The translations under genes and the position numbers were made by a program. 20,000 bases of DNA from Chiloscyllium plagiosum. Its lineage: Eukaryota. The notes under the pieces were generated by a model. That model was not told the origin of the DNA and did not search any database. It saw only the letters and a list, made by a program, of their open reading frames with translations. Below are positions 10,348 through 20,000 of the stretch, piece after piece. Where the stretch lies: NCBI RefSeq assembly GCF_004010195.1, contig NC_057754.1:11283996-11303995 (forward strand), in the 5' to 3' direction. The first letter of the stretch is position 1, and the number at the start of each line of letters is the position of its first letter.

Positions 10348-10386
10348 ATTCACTCACTCACTGACGCGCGCGCGCACACACACACG
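10348..10386. repeat. (TCAC)n then (CG)n(CA)n compound microsatellite
   Basis: ttcactcactcactgacgcgcgcgcgcacacacacac. Confidence 0.8.
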
Positions 10387-10759
10387 ACTGAAAGCACAAC
10401 CATTTGTGTTAATAGCAGTCAAATTTACACCTTCTAGCTGTTTATAAAATCATAAAAGCCATGGACTGGATGAATAGGACAACGCATTCTTTCCTCCTGT
10501 CAATTTTCCAAAGCAATTCTATCTTCCTGCCTTCCACTTCATAAGTACTCTAAACGACTTTTTAACGTCTCCCATATCAAGAAAAAAGAAGCATAATTAA
10601 GAAAAGATTGTTTCATTTCTTTTTTTTTTAAACAAGTCATAACATCATTAACATGAGAAATATAGGCCAGTATCCATAGGGTATACATTACAAAGTAATT
10701 TTGCATACATATTGGTTACATTGGACCGTACCAGTTGCACCTTATCTATACATTTTCCG

Positions 10760-12118
10760 TTAAACCTCTGATAACACATCTCCGATAACGTTTTTAGGAC
10801 CCACAACGGGACAACCTGGAATTTGAAAACCCATAACATACGACTCCAATTAAATAATGTCATATATCTGATTTTAAATCTTTCCAAAAAAGTGTGTTGT
10901 GGTCCATGTACAAAACTGTCTCTGATGCATTGTTCGTAACATAAACATTAAGGCATTGTAAGGCTAGTATTAAACTTCATAATTTTTTTCTGGTGGATTG
11001 AAATTTTCTCTGGTTGATATTGAGTTTCTTTAAAAAAAATAACAAATTGTGCTTTTAATTTCGCTATCACTCTCCTGCGTCTAAAGCTCCAAGCCCTACA
11101 TCGTTAGGGTCGATAGCAACTTTAAAAGGTTTGAAGACATTTGATGTGGCTCAAGCTGGTGTGGCGGTTAACATGGCTTTTAGATTCTCAAATGTCTCCT
11201 GTAATTATTCTGGCCATTGAAATTTCGTGCTCTTCTTTTGAAAATTCATCAAGGGCGCCGCCACTCTCCTAAAGCTTAGTACAAATTTCTGATAGAATCC
11301 ACTCAGTTCCAAAAAGTGAACAACCTCTTGCTTCGAGGATGCTCTTGAAAATTCCTCGATGGCCATCATCTTCATGTTCCTCAGGGTCATTTTCCTATGT
11401 CCAATGGTGTCATCCAACAATATCACCTCTGCCTTCGTGAATTCCATTTATGCTCCAGATATAACCAGATTTGCCTCCCCGAGGTCTTTCAAAGTGCTCC
11501 GCCAAATGCAGCATGTGATAATTCTATGAATGACTAAAGATCACTAAGTAGACGGCTCAAATAGTTAGTAAAATTTGTCAAACAACTCTATTCATCTGTG
11601 TTTGGAATGTGGCAGGTTCGATCTTCATTCCACTTTAATTTTATATCGCCCATTTCGGGTTACAAATGCAGAATCTTCTTTCATGCTCTCAGACGGAGTT
11701 ATTTGCCAGTAACCTGCCAGTAACCACGCAGTAAATCCAACATTGCGAAGTAAGTGGCGTACCTTACATTTACTACACAGTCCTCCAGTTGTGAAATTGG
11801 CTATGAGTCTGATTTACTTCTGGCATTGACCTTCCGATAATCCACACAGAATCTTTGAGTATCATCAGGCTTCAGAACCAACATGACCCGTGAATACCGC
11901 TCATTTGGATTGGTTGGATGATGTCTTCTTGAAGCGTTGCTTCCAATTCTTTCTATACCTGTGCTGCTTTGAGAGGATTAAGCCTATAGGGATGTTGCTT
12001 TCTCCAAACAACATTCCTTACATCAACCTCAAATACAATTCTTTTAGTCCTCACCAATCTTTTACTACACATGTCCTCATATTGCTGCAACAAGCCTTTC
12101 AAATTGGTTTTCTGTTGG
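10760..12118 (-). mobile_element. Decayed Ty3/Gypsy LTR retrotransposon pol (RT plus RNase H), probably Gmr1-like
   Basis: Minus strand translates to KQHPYRLNP, KPDDTQRFCVDYRKVNA, LDLLRGYWQ, FLELSGFYQKFVLSFRRVAAPL, PFKVAIDPNDVGLGA, TVLYMDH and a final VIGDVLSEV* (ADALSR equivalent) with the stop at 10760-10762. Many stops and frameshifts. Confidence 0.9.
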
Positions 12119-13145
12119 AGTCATATAATCATTGAATCACAGAGTCCTACAGAATGGAGACAGGCCCTTTGGCCCAAACTATTCCATGCTGACCAAAATG
12201 TCCACCTACGCTAACTCCATTTCCACGCACTTGGCCATATCCTTCTAAATCTTTCTTGTTCATATATTTGTCGAAATTTGGTTTAACTGCTGTTTATATA
12301 CCTGCCTTAAACACTTCCACTAGCAACTGATTCCATATGTGTTACAGCCTCTGTATAAGAAAGTTGCCCCTCAGGTATCCTTTTACACTTACCCCTCTAA
12401 ACTTAAACTGATGCCCTCTAGTCCGTGATTCCCTAACTCTGAGAAAATGAGAGTGCATTCATCCTATCGATGCCCTTCATGGTCTTACACATTTTTTATA
12501 AGATCCCCCCTCAGTCTCCCAGACTCTAAAGAAGAAAAGGTCTTAGCTAGTCGACCCTCTCCCTATAACTCATACGATTCAGCCCTGGCAACACTCATGT
12601 AAATTTCTTCTGCATTCTTTCCAGTTTAATAACATCCTTCCTAGAGCAAGATGATCAAAACTTAACACAAATCTCCAAGTGCAGCCTCACCAACGACCTG
12701 TATAACTGCAGTATTCACTGAGGACTTCACCCATCTCCTGCGGTTCTACACATACATGCCCACTTACCACTTTGGATTCTCAAAGAAGCCTATCCCGTGC
12801 CCCATTTTCACCTTCCTGATTTCCTTCTTCAGTAAACTCCTGTATCCCCGATATACTGCCAGAGATTTCTTTGATCCCAGCTGCCCGTTCCTCATCCATG
12901 GCTCCTTCTTTTCCTGGTCAAAGTCTCAATATCTCTTGTCATAAAGGGTTCCTTATTCCTGCCAATCTTACCCTTCACCCGCACAGGAATATATAGATCT
13001 TGAACTCTAGCTATCCCACCAAAAAGACCTCCCATTTGTCGGAAGTTCATTTGCCTGTAAACAAACTACTCCAATCAATCCTTGCAAGCTCCTATGCAGT
13101 TCCATCAAAATTCGCCTTGCCCAGGTTAGAACCTGAACCTGTGAA
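12119..13145 (-). mobile_element. CR1 LINE fragment with the RT core deleted, 3' tail abutting the Gypsy remnant
   Basis: 13145-12711 translates to VLNLGKANFDG...IDWSSLFTGK...IPVRVKGK...ENPK...CVEPQEMGEVLSEY. It joins directly at about 12710 to LQLYRSLVRLHLE, then the 3'UTR and a degenerate tail at about 12119-12148. Confidence 0.85.
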
Positions 13146-13257
13146 TACTGGTGGGTAGCGAATTTTGATCCTGGTGCAGATAGCTTCCAATTCTATTCTA
13201 TTCCTTCAGGAACGCCTCATTAGTCAATTTACTCTGAGGTATGTGTATAAATAAAAA

Positions 13258-13274
13258 ACACACACACACACACA
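13258..13274. repeat. (CA)n microsatellite
   Basis: acacacacacacacaca. Confidence 0.85.
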
Positions 13275-13289
13275 TAATTGTGTGTTCTC

Positions 13290-13404
13290 TTGCCTTAGTG
13301 TTCTCTTTAATGTTACTTGCCAAGGTCATTTCAAGGCTCCTTCTTGCTCTTTTAATTCCCTGCTTGAATTCTTTGCTGCCTTCTTCATAGTCCTTTAAGC
13401 TCAA
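13290..13404 (-). mobile_element. Small CR1 ORF2 tether-region fragment
   Basis: SLKDYEEGSKEFKQGIKRARRSLEMTLASNIKENTKA matches SLEEYKESRSILKREIRRAKRGHEITLANRIKENPKG at about 4682-4790. Confidence 0.75.
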
Positions 13405-14086
13405 TGCTTAATCATGTTTTTTTTCCCCCCCAAGATATTCCCTTCTCTTTCATTCTCTCCAACTGGAATGTCGCTGCTTTTGTGGCCATTTTTGCTGAAC
13501 AACCAACAATCTCTGGATCCATTTATTGGAGGAAACACTCTTTCCTATTTTCTGCCGTTGGACAACATCCAAATGAGATAAATTTTGCAGTCATGTCTGT
13601 TGTGGAGTTGGTGCATTTATTAGTGGGGATGTGTTAGTTGCTGCGTGCGTATCCAATTTTTATTCTTTCACGGGGAACAATGGTCATTGGAAAGTCTAAC
13701 ATTATATGTTTCAGATACATTAAGAACACACAATGATACCAGGTGTCGAGAGTCACACATACAACAGATAAAGTCACAAGAAATATTTCCAGACAGCTCA
13801 GTGTTGAACTGGATAATCTTTATCATTTGCCATCTCGCAGTTGGGTTATCTGTGCCAATTTGAAGGGCATCAATAGTCCGGGAAATAGCGAAGGTTGAAG
13901 AGCATGTGTCGGTTGTAGTTGACGTTGATTTTCTTTGTCAATTCAAGCTTCTGTAATTTTACTTGAGTGGATGACACCTTTTGGAAGAATATATCATCAT
14001 TAGATACTTCTTCATGTTGACAGCTTTTGTGATGTAAAAGAAGCTTTGTTTGTAAAAGAAGACATTGTAAGTTGAAGAAACATTAT

Positions 14087-14482
14087 GATGAAGGGGGAAA
14101 CTTATACATTTCCTTAAGATCATGATAGGTATGGATAGGTTGAATGCACTCAGTCTTTTCCCCAGGATTGGAGAATCAAAGACTATAGGTCATTGGTTCA
14201 TAATTTAGAGGGGTAAGAATAAAATGAGTCCTAAGGGGCTACCTTTTTACACAGAAGGTAGTACATATATGGAGTAAGCTGCCAGCAGAAGTGGTTGAGG
14301 TAGTTACACTAACAACATTTAAAAGGCATTTGGACAAATACATGGATAGGAAAGGCTTAGAATGACAGGTCAAATTCATGAAAATGGGGTTAGTGTTGAT
14401 GGACATTTAGTTCAGCACAGAATAGTTTGAGCCAAAGCGCCTGTCTCCGTGCTATAGGATTAGAGTCCTTATGTCTCTATGA
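14087..14482 (+). mobile_element. CR1 LINE 3' end fragment
   Basis: Collinear with about 6088-6483 (for example 'caacatttaaaaggcatttggac' and 'ccaaagcgcctgtctccgtgct'), ending in tail remnant 'tatgtctctatga'. Confidence 0.88.
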
Positions 14483-15062
14483 GAGGGTCCCTATCTTACC
14501 AGTCTGTATTTAGGTGTTTAATTATGTTAAGCATACTATTAGTTTCAAATTGTTGCATTAGTTAGAAAATCTCTCGTAGCCACTTTGTAAAAATAACACC
14601 AGATAAGGTATTAGATAAATGTTGCAATGCATGTTAATATAATCCATTTCAATATCTTAATGTGTCTCAAAAATTAAAAGGGAAAGGGACATCCCTGCGG
14701 ACTACCACTTCACAGACTACATTCACGCAGCCTGAGAGACTGTCGTCACAAAAACAAATTTAATTCCTGCATTGTCAAAAGAGATGATATTGATGAAGTA
14801 AAATTATACTGACATGTTTAGTATAAAAGCTAAGTACGCTTGGCCGCAGACCACTGATGACGTTATTATACCAATATTCCAATCATAAAATTAATTTCTT
14901 CATTTCATGAATGTTTGTTTCATGTTTTCAACTGTACAAACACATGCACAGTCACCACACTAAATTAGTGGAGATACAGTTTTACTGTCAGCAATATGAT
15001 GAAGGCTACCCAGCAAAATTGTGACTTGGAGGCGTTGGTTTTGGATTGAGGTAGACAAAGTT

Positions 15063-15223
15063 AAGAATCACACAACACTAGGGTATAGTCCAACGGATGT
15101 ATTTGGAAACACTAGCGTTTGGGGTGCTGCTTCTTCATCAACCACCTGATGAAGGAGCAATGCTCCAAAAGCTAGTGCTTCCAAATAAATTTGTTGGGCT
15201 AGAACCTGGTGTTGTGAAATTTT
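15063..15223. mobile_element. Palindromic element made of two inverted hammerhead-bearing arms (Penelope-like terminal repeat derivative)
   Basis: Arms 15064-15140 and 15147-15223 are reverse complements (17 mismatches in 77 by hand count) around the 6-nt spacer accacc. Confidence 0.75.
15143..15177 (+). ncRNA. Minimal type I hammerhead motif with one core mutation (GAAA to AAAA)
   Basis: cac-CTGATGA-a-ggagc aat gctcc-aAAA-gc-TA-gtg. Stem I is cac/gtg, stem II is ggagc/gctcc, stem III is the palindrome AGCT. The catalytic G12 is lost, so this copy is probably inactive. Confidence 0.6.
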
Positions 15224-15558
15224 CAGCAAAATTATGCAATGCTTTACATGGAGGCGAGAGCCTATCCAGGGTAAAACCAGGCCAGCCCCAATTCGCCAAA
15301 TGGCCCCTACTTACTCGGAGAGAGATATTTTTTGCAAGGGTCTCCCATTTTAAAAGAGGTAAGCTAGTGAAATGATCATAGTCTAGCTGACAATCAGCAT
15401 TCCGCTCAGCAGCTTACATTTTTCGGAGTTGTAGAGTTTCAAACTGAAATTAACACGGGCACTGTGGAATATACAAAAGAGATTTCTCTGTCAGGATTTT
15501 CAACAGTCGCGGGTGCAAAAAGGCGACAACACTCAAATCAAGTGTAACAAGCCCAAAG

Positions 15559-15652
15559 GTCCTAAAGAAGGGCTTATGCCCGAAATGTCGATTCTCCTGC
15601 TCCTTTGATGCTGCCAGACCTGCTGCGCTTTTCAAGCAACACATTTTTGAGC
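15559..15652 (+). mobile_element. Second copy of the 10198-10327 hammerhead repeat, with decayed core and 14-bp TSD
   Basis: cctaaagaagggcttatgcccgaaatgtcgattctcctgctcc..., flanked by taacaagcccaaag (15545-15558) and taataagcccaaag (15653-15666). Confidence 0.75.
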
Positions 15653-15850
15653 TAATAAGCCCAAAGTCTTGTGCTTCAGAAAGATGCCAGTAGCCACGTT
15701 GGATAGCTTTCAGTAATCATGAATTGACTACTCCTGTATTCGTGCCTACGATGGTCCGTTTATAACATGCTTTGTGCCCATCCCGCATAAACTTCTGGAA
15801 ATCAGTGGTGACTGATATGATTGATTCATTGAATTTCAACATTTTTCCTT

Positions 15851-16188
15851 GTTTCACTCATGGGATGAGGCATCGTTGGACAAGCCAACATTTGTTGTCC
15901 TCCCTAATTGTCCAGAGGGCAGTTAAGAATCAACCATATTGCTGTCTGTCTGGAGTCACATGTAGGGTGGCAGATTCCTTCCCTGAAGGATGTTAGTGAA
16001 CTAGATGGGTTTTTTCTTTGACAATCAGCAATGGATTCACAGTAGTCATAGACTCTTACTTCCAGATTTTATAGAGTTAAAATTACACGATCTGCCATGG
16101 CAGGATTCAAACCTGGATTCCCAGGACATTACTTGGGTCTCTGGATTATCAGTCTAAGCAATAATACCACTCAGCCATTATCTTCCCC
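15851..16188 (-). mobile_element. Apparently full-length tRNA-derived SINE (SINE2)
   Basis: The minus-strand head has pol III box A tggctgagtgg (16167-16177) and box B ggtttgaatcc (16103-16113). The body includes 'ctacatgtgactccagac...ggttgattcttaactgccctctgg' and ends 'catcccatgagtgaaa'. Confidence 0.8.
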
Positions 16189-16242
16189 ACCTGTTGCAGA
16201 TCCACAAACATATTCACAGGAAGGTCTCCACTTTCCAAAAGG

Positions 16243-16312
16243 ATGGAATGCCAAGTTTGTTAAATAAACGGAATTAAATGGAATGCCAAGTTTGTTAAAT
16301 AAACGGAATTAA
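16243..16312. repeat. Perfect 35-bp tandem duplication
   Basis: atggaatgccaagtttgttaaataaacggaattaa twice (16243-16277 and 16278-16312). Confidence 0.95.
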
Positions 16313-17686
16313 ATTCAAGTAGGTGTTATGTGTGACTATCTGATTGCTGATTATACAATGCTCCACCCCATCTCTCATTTCCCCATCACCCCCAAAACAT
16401 CCAGCAAACACCATATTACAACGTCTCCCAGGTGGCATCACTCTAATGTTCAGCATCAACATTTAGTTGCACACCTTCTAGTCTGAGTCAGTGTCAAGAG
16501 CTTACATACAGGCTGAACTGAAATACTAGTACATGGAACTCATGTCTTATTCTACACTGTCTATTGCTTTCGATCCTTACCTCTATTTCTCTTGTGAACC
16601 TTGATGCCGAAACAGAAAGGAATATAATTGGTGTCGGTGTGAGGATATGTTTCCTTTTCTGGGCACATCCAAACAGGTTAATTTTGAAAGAAATGTTTTA
16701 ATTCATTTTTAGAATTCATTTAAATGCAGATTTAGAACTAAATCTAGCTGTGGATATTGTTCACGAGATACTTATTTGTTCAACAATGTACTTCAGCTGA
16801 CTGAACGGAATCTGTGCAGATATAACTACTCAAAACATCAGGTAAAACATCTTTTATAAAACATGTTACACTGAATTTTTTTAAGTAATTGGATTCACAC
16901 AAGGTCAATGTTGTGCACTGTTCTAGCTTTATTATGAACGCGTATGACTTTCTGAGCAGCTTTAAGAAACTGGAAATTGCACCACTGTAATAAAGCAAAC
17001 AGAGAACTTAAGTTACTAGTTCTGTCATATGATGAAGAGAGTCGAGAGCCTTGCTGTCTCTCTGACCCAGACTTCATGCACACTGCTGGTATTATGAAAT
17101 CCAAATAATTACCAGTATTACTAATTTAATAGACATTTGGAATTTAACATGAAAATAAACACTTGTGTTTTTGAGATAGATCTTTGGCTGTTCTCCATCG
17201 TTCACTTTAATTGAATGGTTAACAAAACTGGTTATATCATCATGTTCTTCAGCTGTTATCTAACCCTGGACTGGGTTACCACATAAATAAATGTGCTTGA
17301 GCAGCAAGTTAAATTCATCAGCATATACCTAACTCGTTGAAATATATGTTCAGAAGCATTGTAGTTCTCAATATTTTTACCTGTAACATTATAATACATG
17401 AATTCCGTAACAGAGAGCAACCAGAGCAATATGAAACTGCCAGAAATGGAAAACTATAGACTTGCATCTACTCTCCATCTCTGGGATATTGCATTTCTCT
17501 TCTTTGTTCTGACACTTCAGTCACTTCAGTAGCAGCTAGCCACGAAAACGTTTTGGACTGTCATGACTCTGAGCAATAAAACTAAAGTGAAAGGGAGCAA
17601 CGGGTTTATAATCCTGTCAAACCAATCAAATCCCACCCATCCAGACTCAGTAAAATAGCTCGGCTTTGCTGTACCCAACCAAGGCT

Positions 17687-17854
17687 AAGAATTGGGACCA
17701 AGGAGAATTGGAGCCTGGGTGGGAAGGCCCGTATCTTGTTCTACTAGCCACGTGCACAGTGGTCAGAATCAAAGAAAGACTCAAGTGAATGAACAGAACT
17801 CGATGCAAGAAAGCACCGTCTCAGAGGGAACCTGGCTCCTGGTGGGTCTTGTGA
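17687..17854 (+). pseudogene. Endogenous retrovirus (class I, gamma/epsilon-like) integrase C-terminal domain fragment
   Basis: A frame absent from the ORF track gives KNWDQGELEPGWEGPYLVLLATCTVVRIKERLK*MNRTRCKKAP. It aligns with the MLV-type [21 protein letters not shown]....WIHAAHVK, and the TGA at 17786-17788 sits at the conserved Trp. Confidence 0.72.
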
Positions 17855-18249
17855 AGTTGGGTGGGCTCGTGCTTCGGGTCCTGAGGCAATGCCATTCAAC
17901 AAGGGCTTAACGTCCTTGTTGTTTTGTATTTCTTGTGGTCCTTGTTAGTTTTATTCAGCATGACAGCTGCTACCCTCCATCCCATTACCTGCACAGCAGG
18001 TTAAAATCCCTTTGGCAGTGAGACCCTTCCCTGGCGCTGAGTCCCTGATCCTGGACCTGATCATTGCTGACACTTCAGATTCTGACAACTTATCTGACCG
18101 ACTCTGAGTCTCCCCCTCTGAAAAATCCCCCTGGCCCTGGATACATTTGCCCTTTTGCTGAAGCTCCTGACCTCCTTCTTTGATTGTGAAAAAAAAGAGA
18201 GGGATTGTGGAAGCCACTTTCTTGGATATGGCTTCCCTCCTGATTAAGG

Positions 18250-18873
18250 ATCGCTGCCCATTCATGTAGCTGTCTAGATGCACCTTAAATGACACTATCG
18301 TGCCCACTTCTACCACCTCAACTAGCAACGCATTGCAGGACTCAACACCCCCTGCATTAAGAATTTTCTATGCATATCTCCCTTAAACTTTTCCCCTCTC
18401 ACCTTGAACTCGTGACCCCTAGTTATTGAGACGCCCATACTGGGCAAATGTTTCTTGCGATCCATCCTGTCTATGTCACTCAATCTCCGTCTTTCCAATG
18501 AAACGATCCTGATCTACTCACCTCTATTCATGGCTAGCGCCCTCCATTACAGGCAACATCCTGGTGAACCTCCGCTGCACCCACTCCAAAGCATCCACAT
18601 TCTTTTGCTAATATGGTGATCAGAACTGCACACAGTATTCCAAAATGTGGCCAAACCAAAGTCCTATACAACCGCAATATGACCTGGCAACTCTTGAGGT
18701 CAATACCCCATCAGAAGAAGGAAAGCATGTCATATGCCTTCTTAACCACTCAAGAGACCAGCGTTGCCACCTCCAGGGTACAATGGACCTGAAAACCCAG
18801 ATCCCTCTGTACATCAATTTTCCCCAGGGATTTTCCATTTACTGTATCATTTGCTCTGCAATATAACTTCCCA
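18250..18873 (-). mobile_element. Older CR1 ORF2 C-terminal fragment lacking the 3'UTR
   Basis: Translates to GHILEYCVQF and LVEVVEVGTIVSFKVHLDSYMNG. Collinear with about 5700-6350. Confidence 0.88.
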
Positions 18874-18874
18874 A

Positions 18875-19096
18875 CACATAGACTAAATTCCCCGACTGAT
18901 GAAGGTCAACGTCCCAAAATACTTCTTCACTGCCCTGTCGACATATGACTCCACTTTTAAAGAACCATGCACCTGCCCTCCAAGGTCCCTGTATTCCACG
19001 ACACTCCTTAAGGCTCTACCATTCATCATGAAATTCCTTCCTTGATTTGACTTTCCAAAATGCAAGACCTCACATTTATCTATATAAACTCCATTT
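18875..19096 (-). mobile_element. Separate CR1 RT-end fragment
   Basis: HFGKSNQGRNFMMNGRALRSVVEYRDLGGQVHGSLKVESYVDRAVKKYFGTLTFISRGI. Confidence 0.88.
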
Positions 19097-20000
19097 AGTC
19101 ACAGAGTCATAGAGATGTACAGCATGGAAACAGACTCTTTGGTACAACCCGTCCATGCCGACCAGATATCCAAACCCAAACTAGTCCTACCTGCCAGCAC
19201 CTGGCCCATACCCTCCAAATCCTTCCTATTCATATACGCATCCAAATGCCTATTAAAATGTTGCAATTGTACCAGCCGCCACTACATCCTCTGGCAGCTC
19301 ATGCCATACACGTACCACCCTCTGCATGAAAACGTTGCCCCTTAGGTCTCTTTTATATCTTTCCCCTCTCACCCTAAACCTATGTCCTCTAGTTCTGGAC
19401 TCCCCGACCCCATGGAAAAGACTTTGTCTATCTATCCTATCCATGCCCCTCAAAATTTTGTAAACCTCTATAAGGTCATCCCTCAGCCTCTGACGCTCCA
19501 GGGAAAACAGCCCCAGCCTATTCAGCCTCTCCCTGTAGCTCAGATCCTCCAACTCTGGCAACATCCTTGGGGGTCTTTACTGAACCCTTTCAAGTTTCAC
19601 AACATCTTTGTAATAGGAAGGAGACCAGAATTGCATGCAATATTCCAACAGTGGCCTAACCAATGTCCTGTACAGCTGCAATCTGACCTCCTAACTCCTG
19701 TACTCAATACTCTGACCAATAAAGGAAAGCCTTCTTCACTATCCTATCTACCTGTGACTCCACTTTCAAGGAGCTATGAACCTGCACTCCAAGGTCTCTT
19801 TGTTCAGCATCACTCCCTACACCTTACCATTAAGCGTATAAGTCCTGGTAAGATTTGCTTTCCCAAAATACAGCACCTCGCATTTATCTGAACTAAACTC
19901 CATCTGCCACTTTTCAGCCCATTGGCCCATCTGGTCCGGATCCTGTTGTAATCTGAGGTAACCCTCTTCGCTGTCCACTACACCTCCAATTTTGGTGTCA
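19097..20000 (-). mobile_element. Younger CR1 LINE 3' part (continues beyond the window), same family as 4233-6483
   Basis: Reverse complement of about 5563-6483, with MLPELEDLSYRERLNRLGLFSLERQRLRDDLIEVYKI. Tail 'agtcacagagtcatagag' at about 19097-19114. Confidence 0.95.

Noticed and set aside
13404..14085. Several 70-90 codon open frames on both strands, checked as the missing Gypsy integrase or host exons
   Set aside because: No HHCC, DDE or other recognisable motif and no consistent splice structure.
16243..16312. 35-bp direct repeat as a CRISPR-like array
   Set aside because: Only two abutting copies, no spacers, and a vertebrate context.
16460..16535. Faint resemblance to a DeuSINE-type head (tctgagtcag...caggctga)
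   Set aside because: Too short and diverged to support without alignment.
16575..16660. Minus-strand donor GAG|GTAAGG with an upstream 78-nt open segment
   Set aside because: Weak acceptor and an unrecognisable peptide.
17951..18328. 125-aa minus-strand ORF
   Set aside because: Chimeric read-through from a CR1 C-terminal fragment into unrelated sequence.
19382..19891. Longest ORF in the track (169 aa, plus strand)
   Set aside because: Antisense frame of CR1 ORF2; the same shadow ORF appears at 6001-6192.

Overview
Repeat-dense, non-coding eukaryotic DNA. The HE1/V-SINE and CR1 (HER1-type) LINE families point to a cartilaginous fish (shark). No intact protein-coding gene is recognisable, and the ORF-track entries are retroelement fragments or unrecognisable short frames. 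The window holds many CR1 fragments of different ages, two tRNA-derived SINEs and a decayed Gypsy pol (RT-RNase H) that appears to end after RNase H, as in Gmr1-type elements. Features the ORF track does not show: (1) short Penelope-type repeats carrying minimal type I hammerhead ribozyme motifs, with an intact core at 10201-10236, an inverted pair at 15063-15223, and a decayed copy with a 14-bp target-site duplication; (2) a class I endogenous retrovirus integrase C-terminal fragment at 17687-17854; (3) two complementary CR1 halves in opposite orientations (1235-3020 minus, 4307-6483 plus) that may be one element split by an inversion; (4) a candidate minus-strand 8-nt microexon with a downstream exon (4067-4074 and 3479-3643). 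Family names come from motif recognition, not database searches, and repeat boundaries are approximate.
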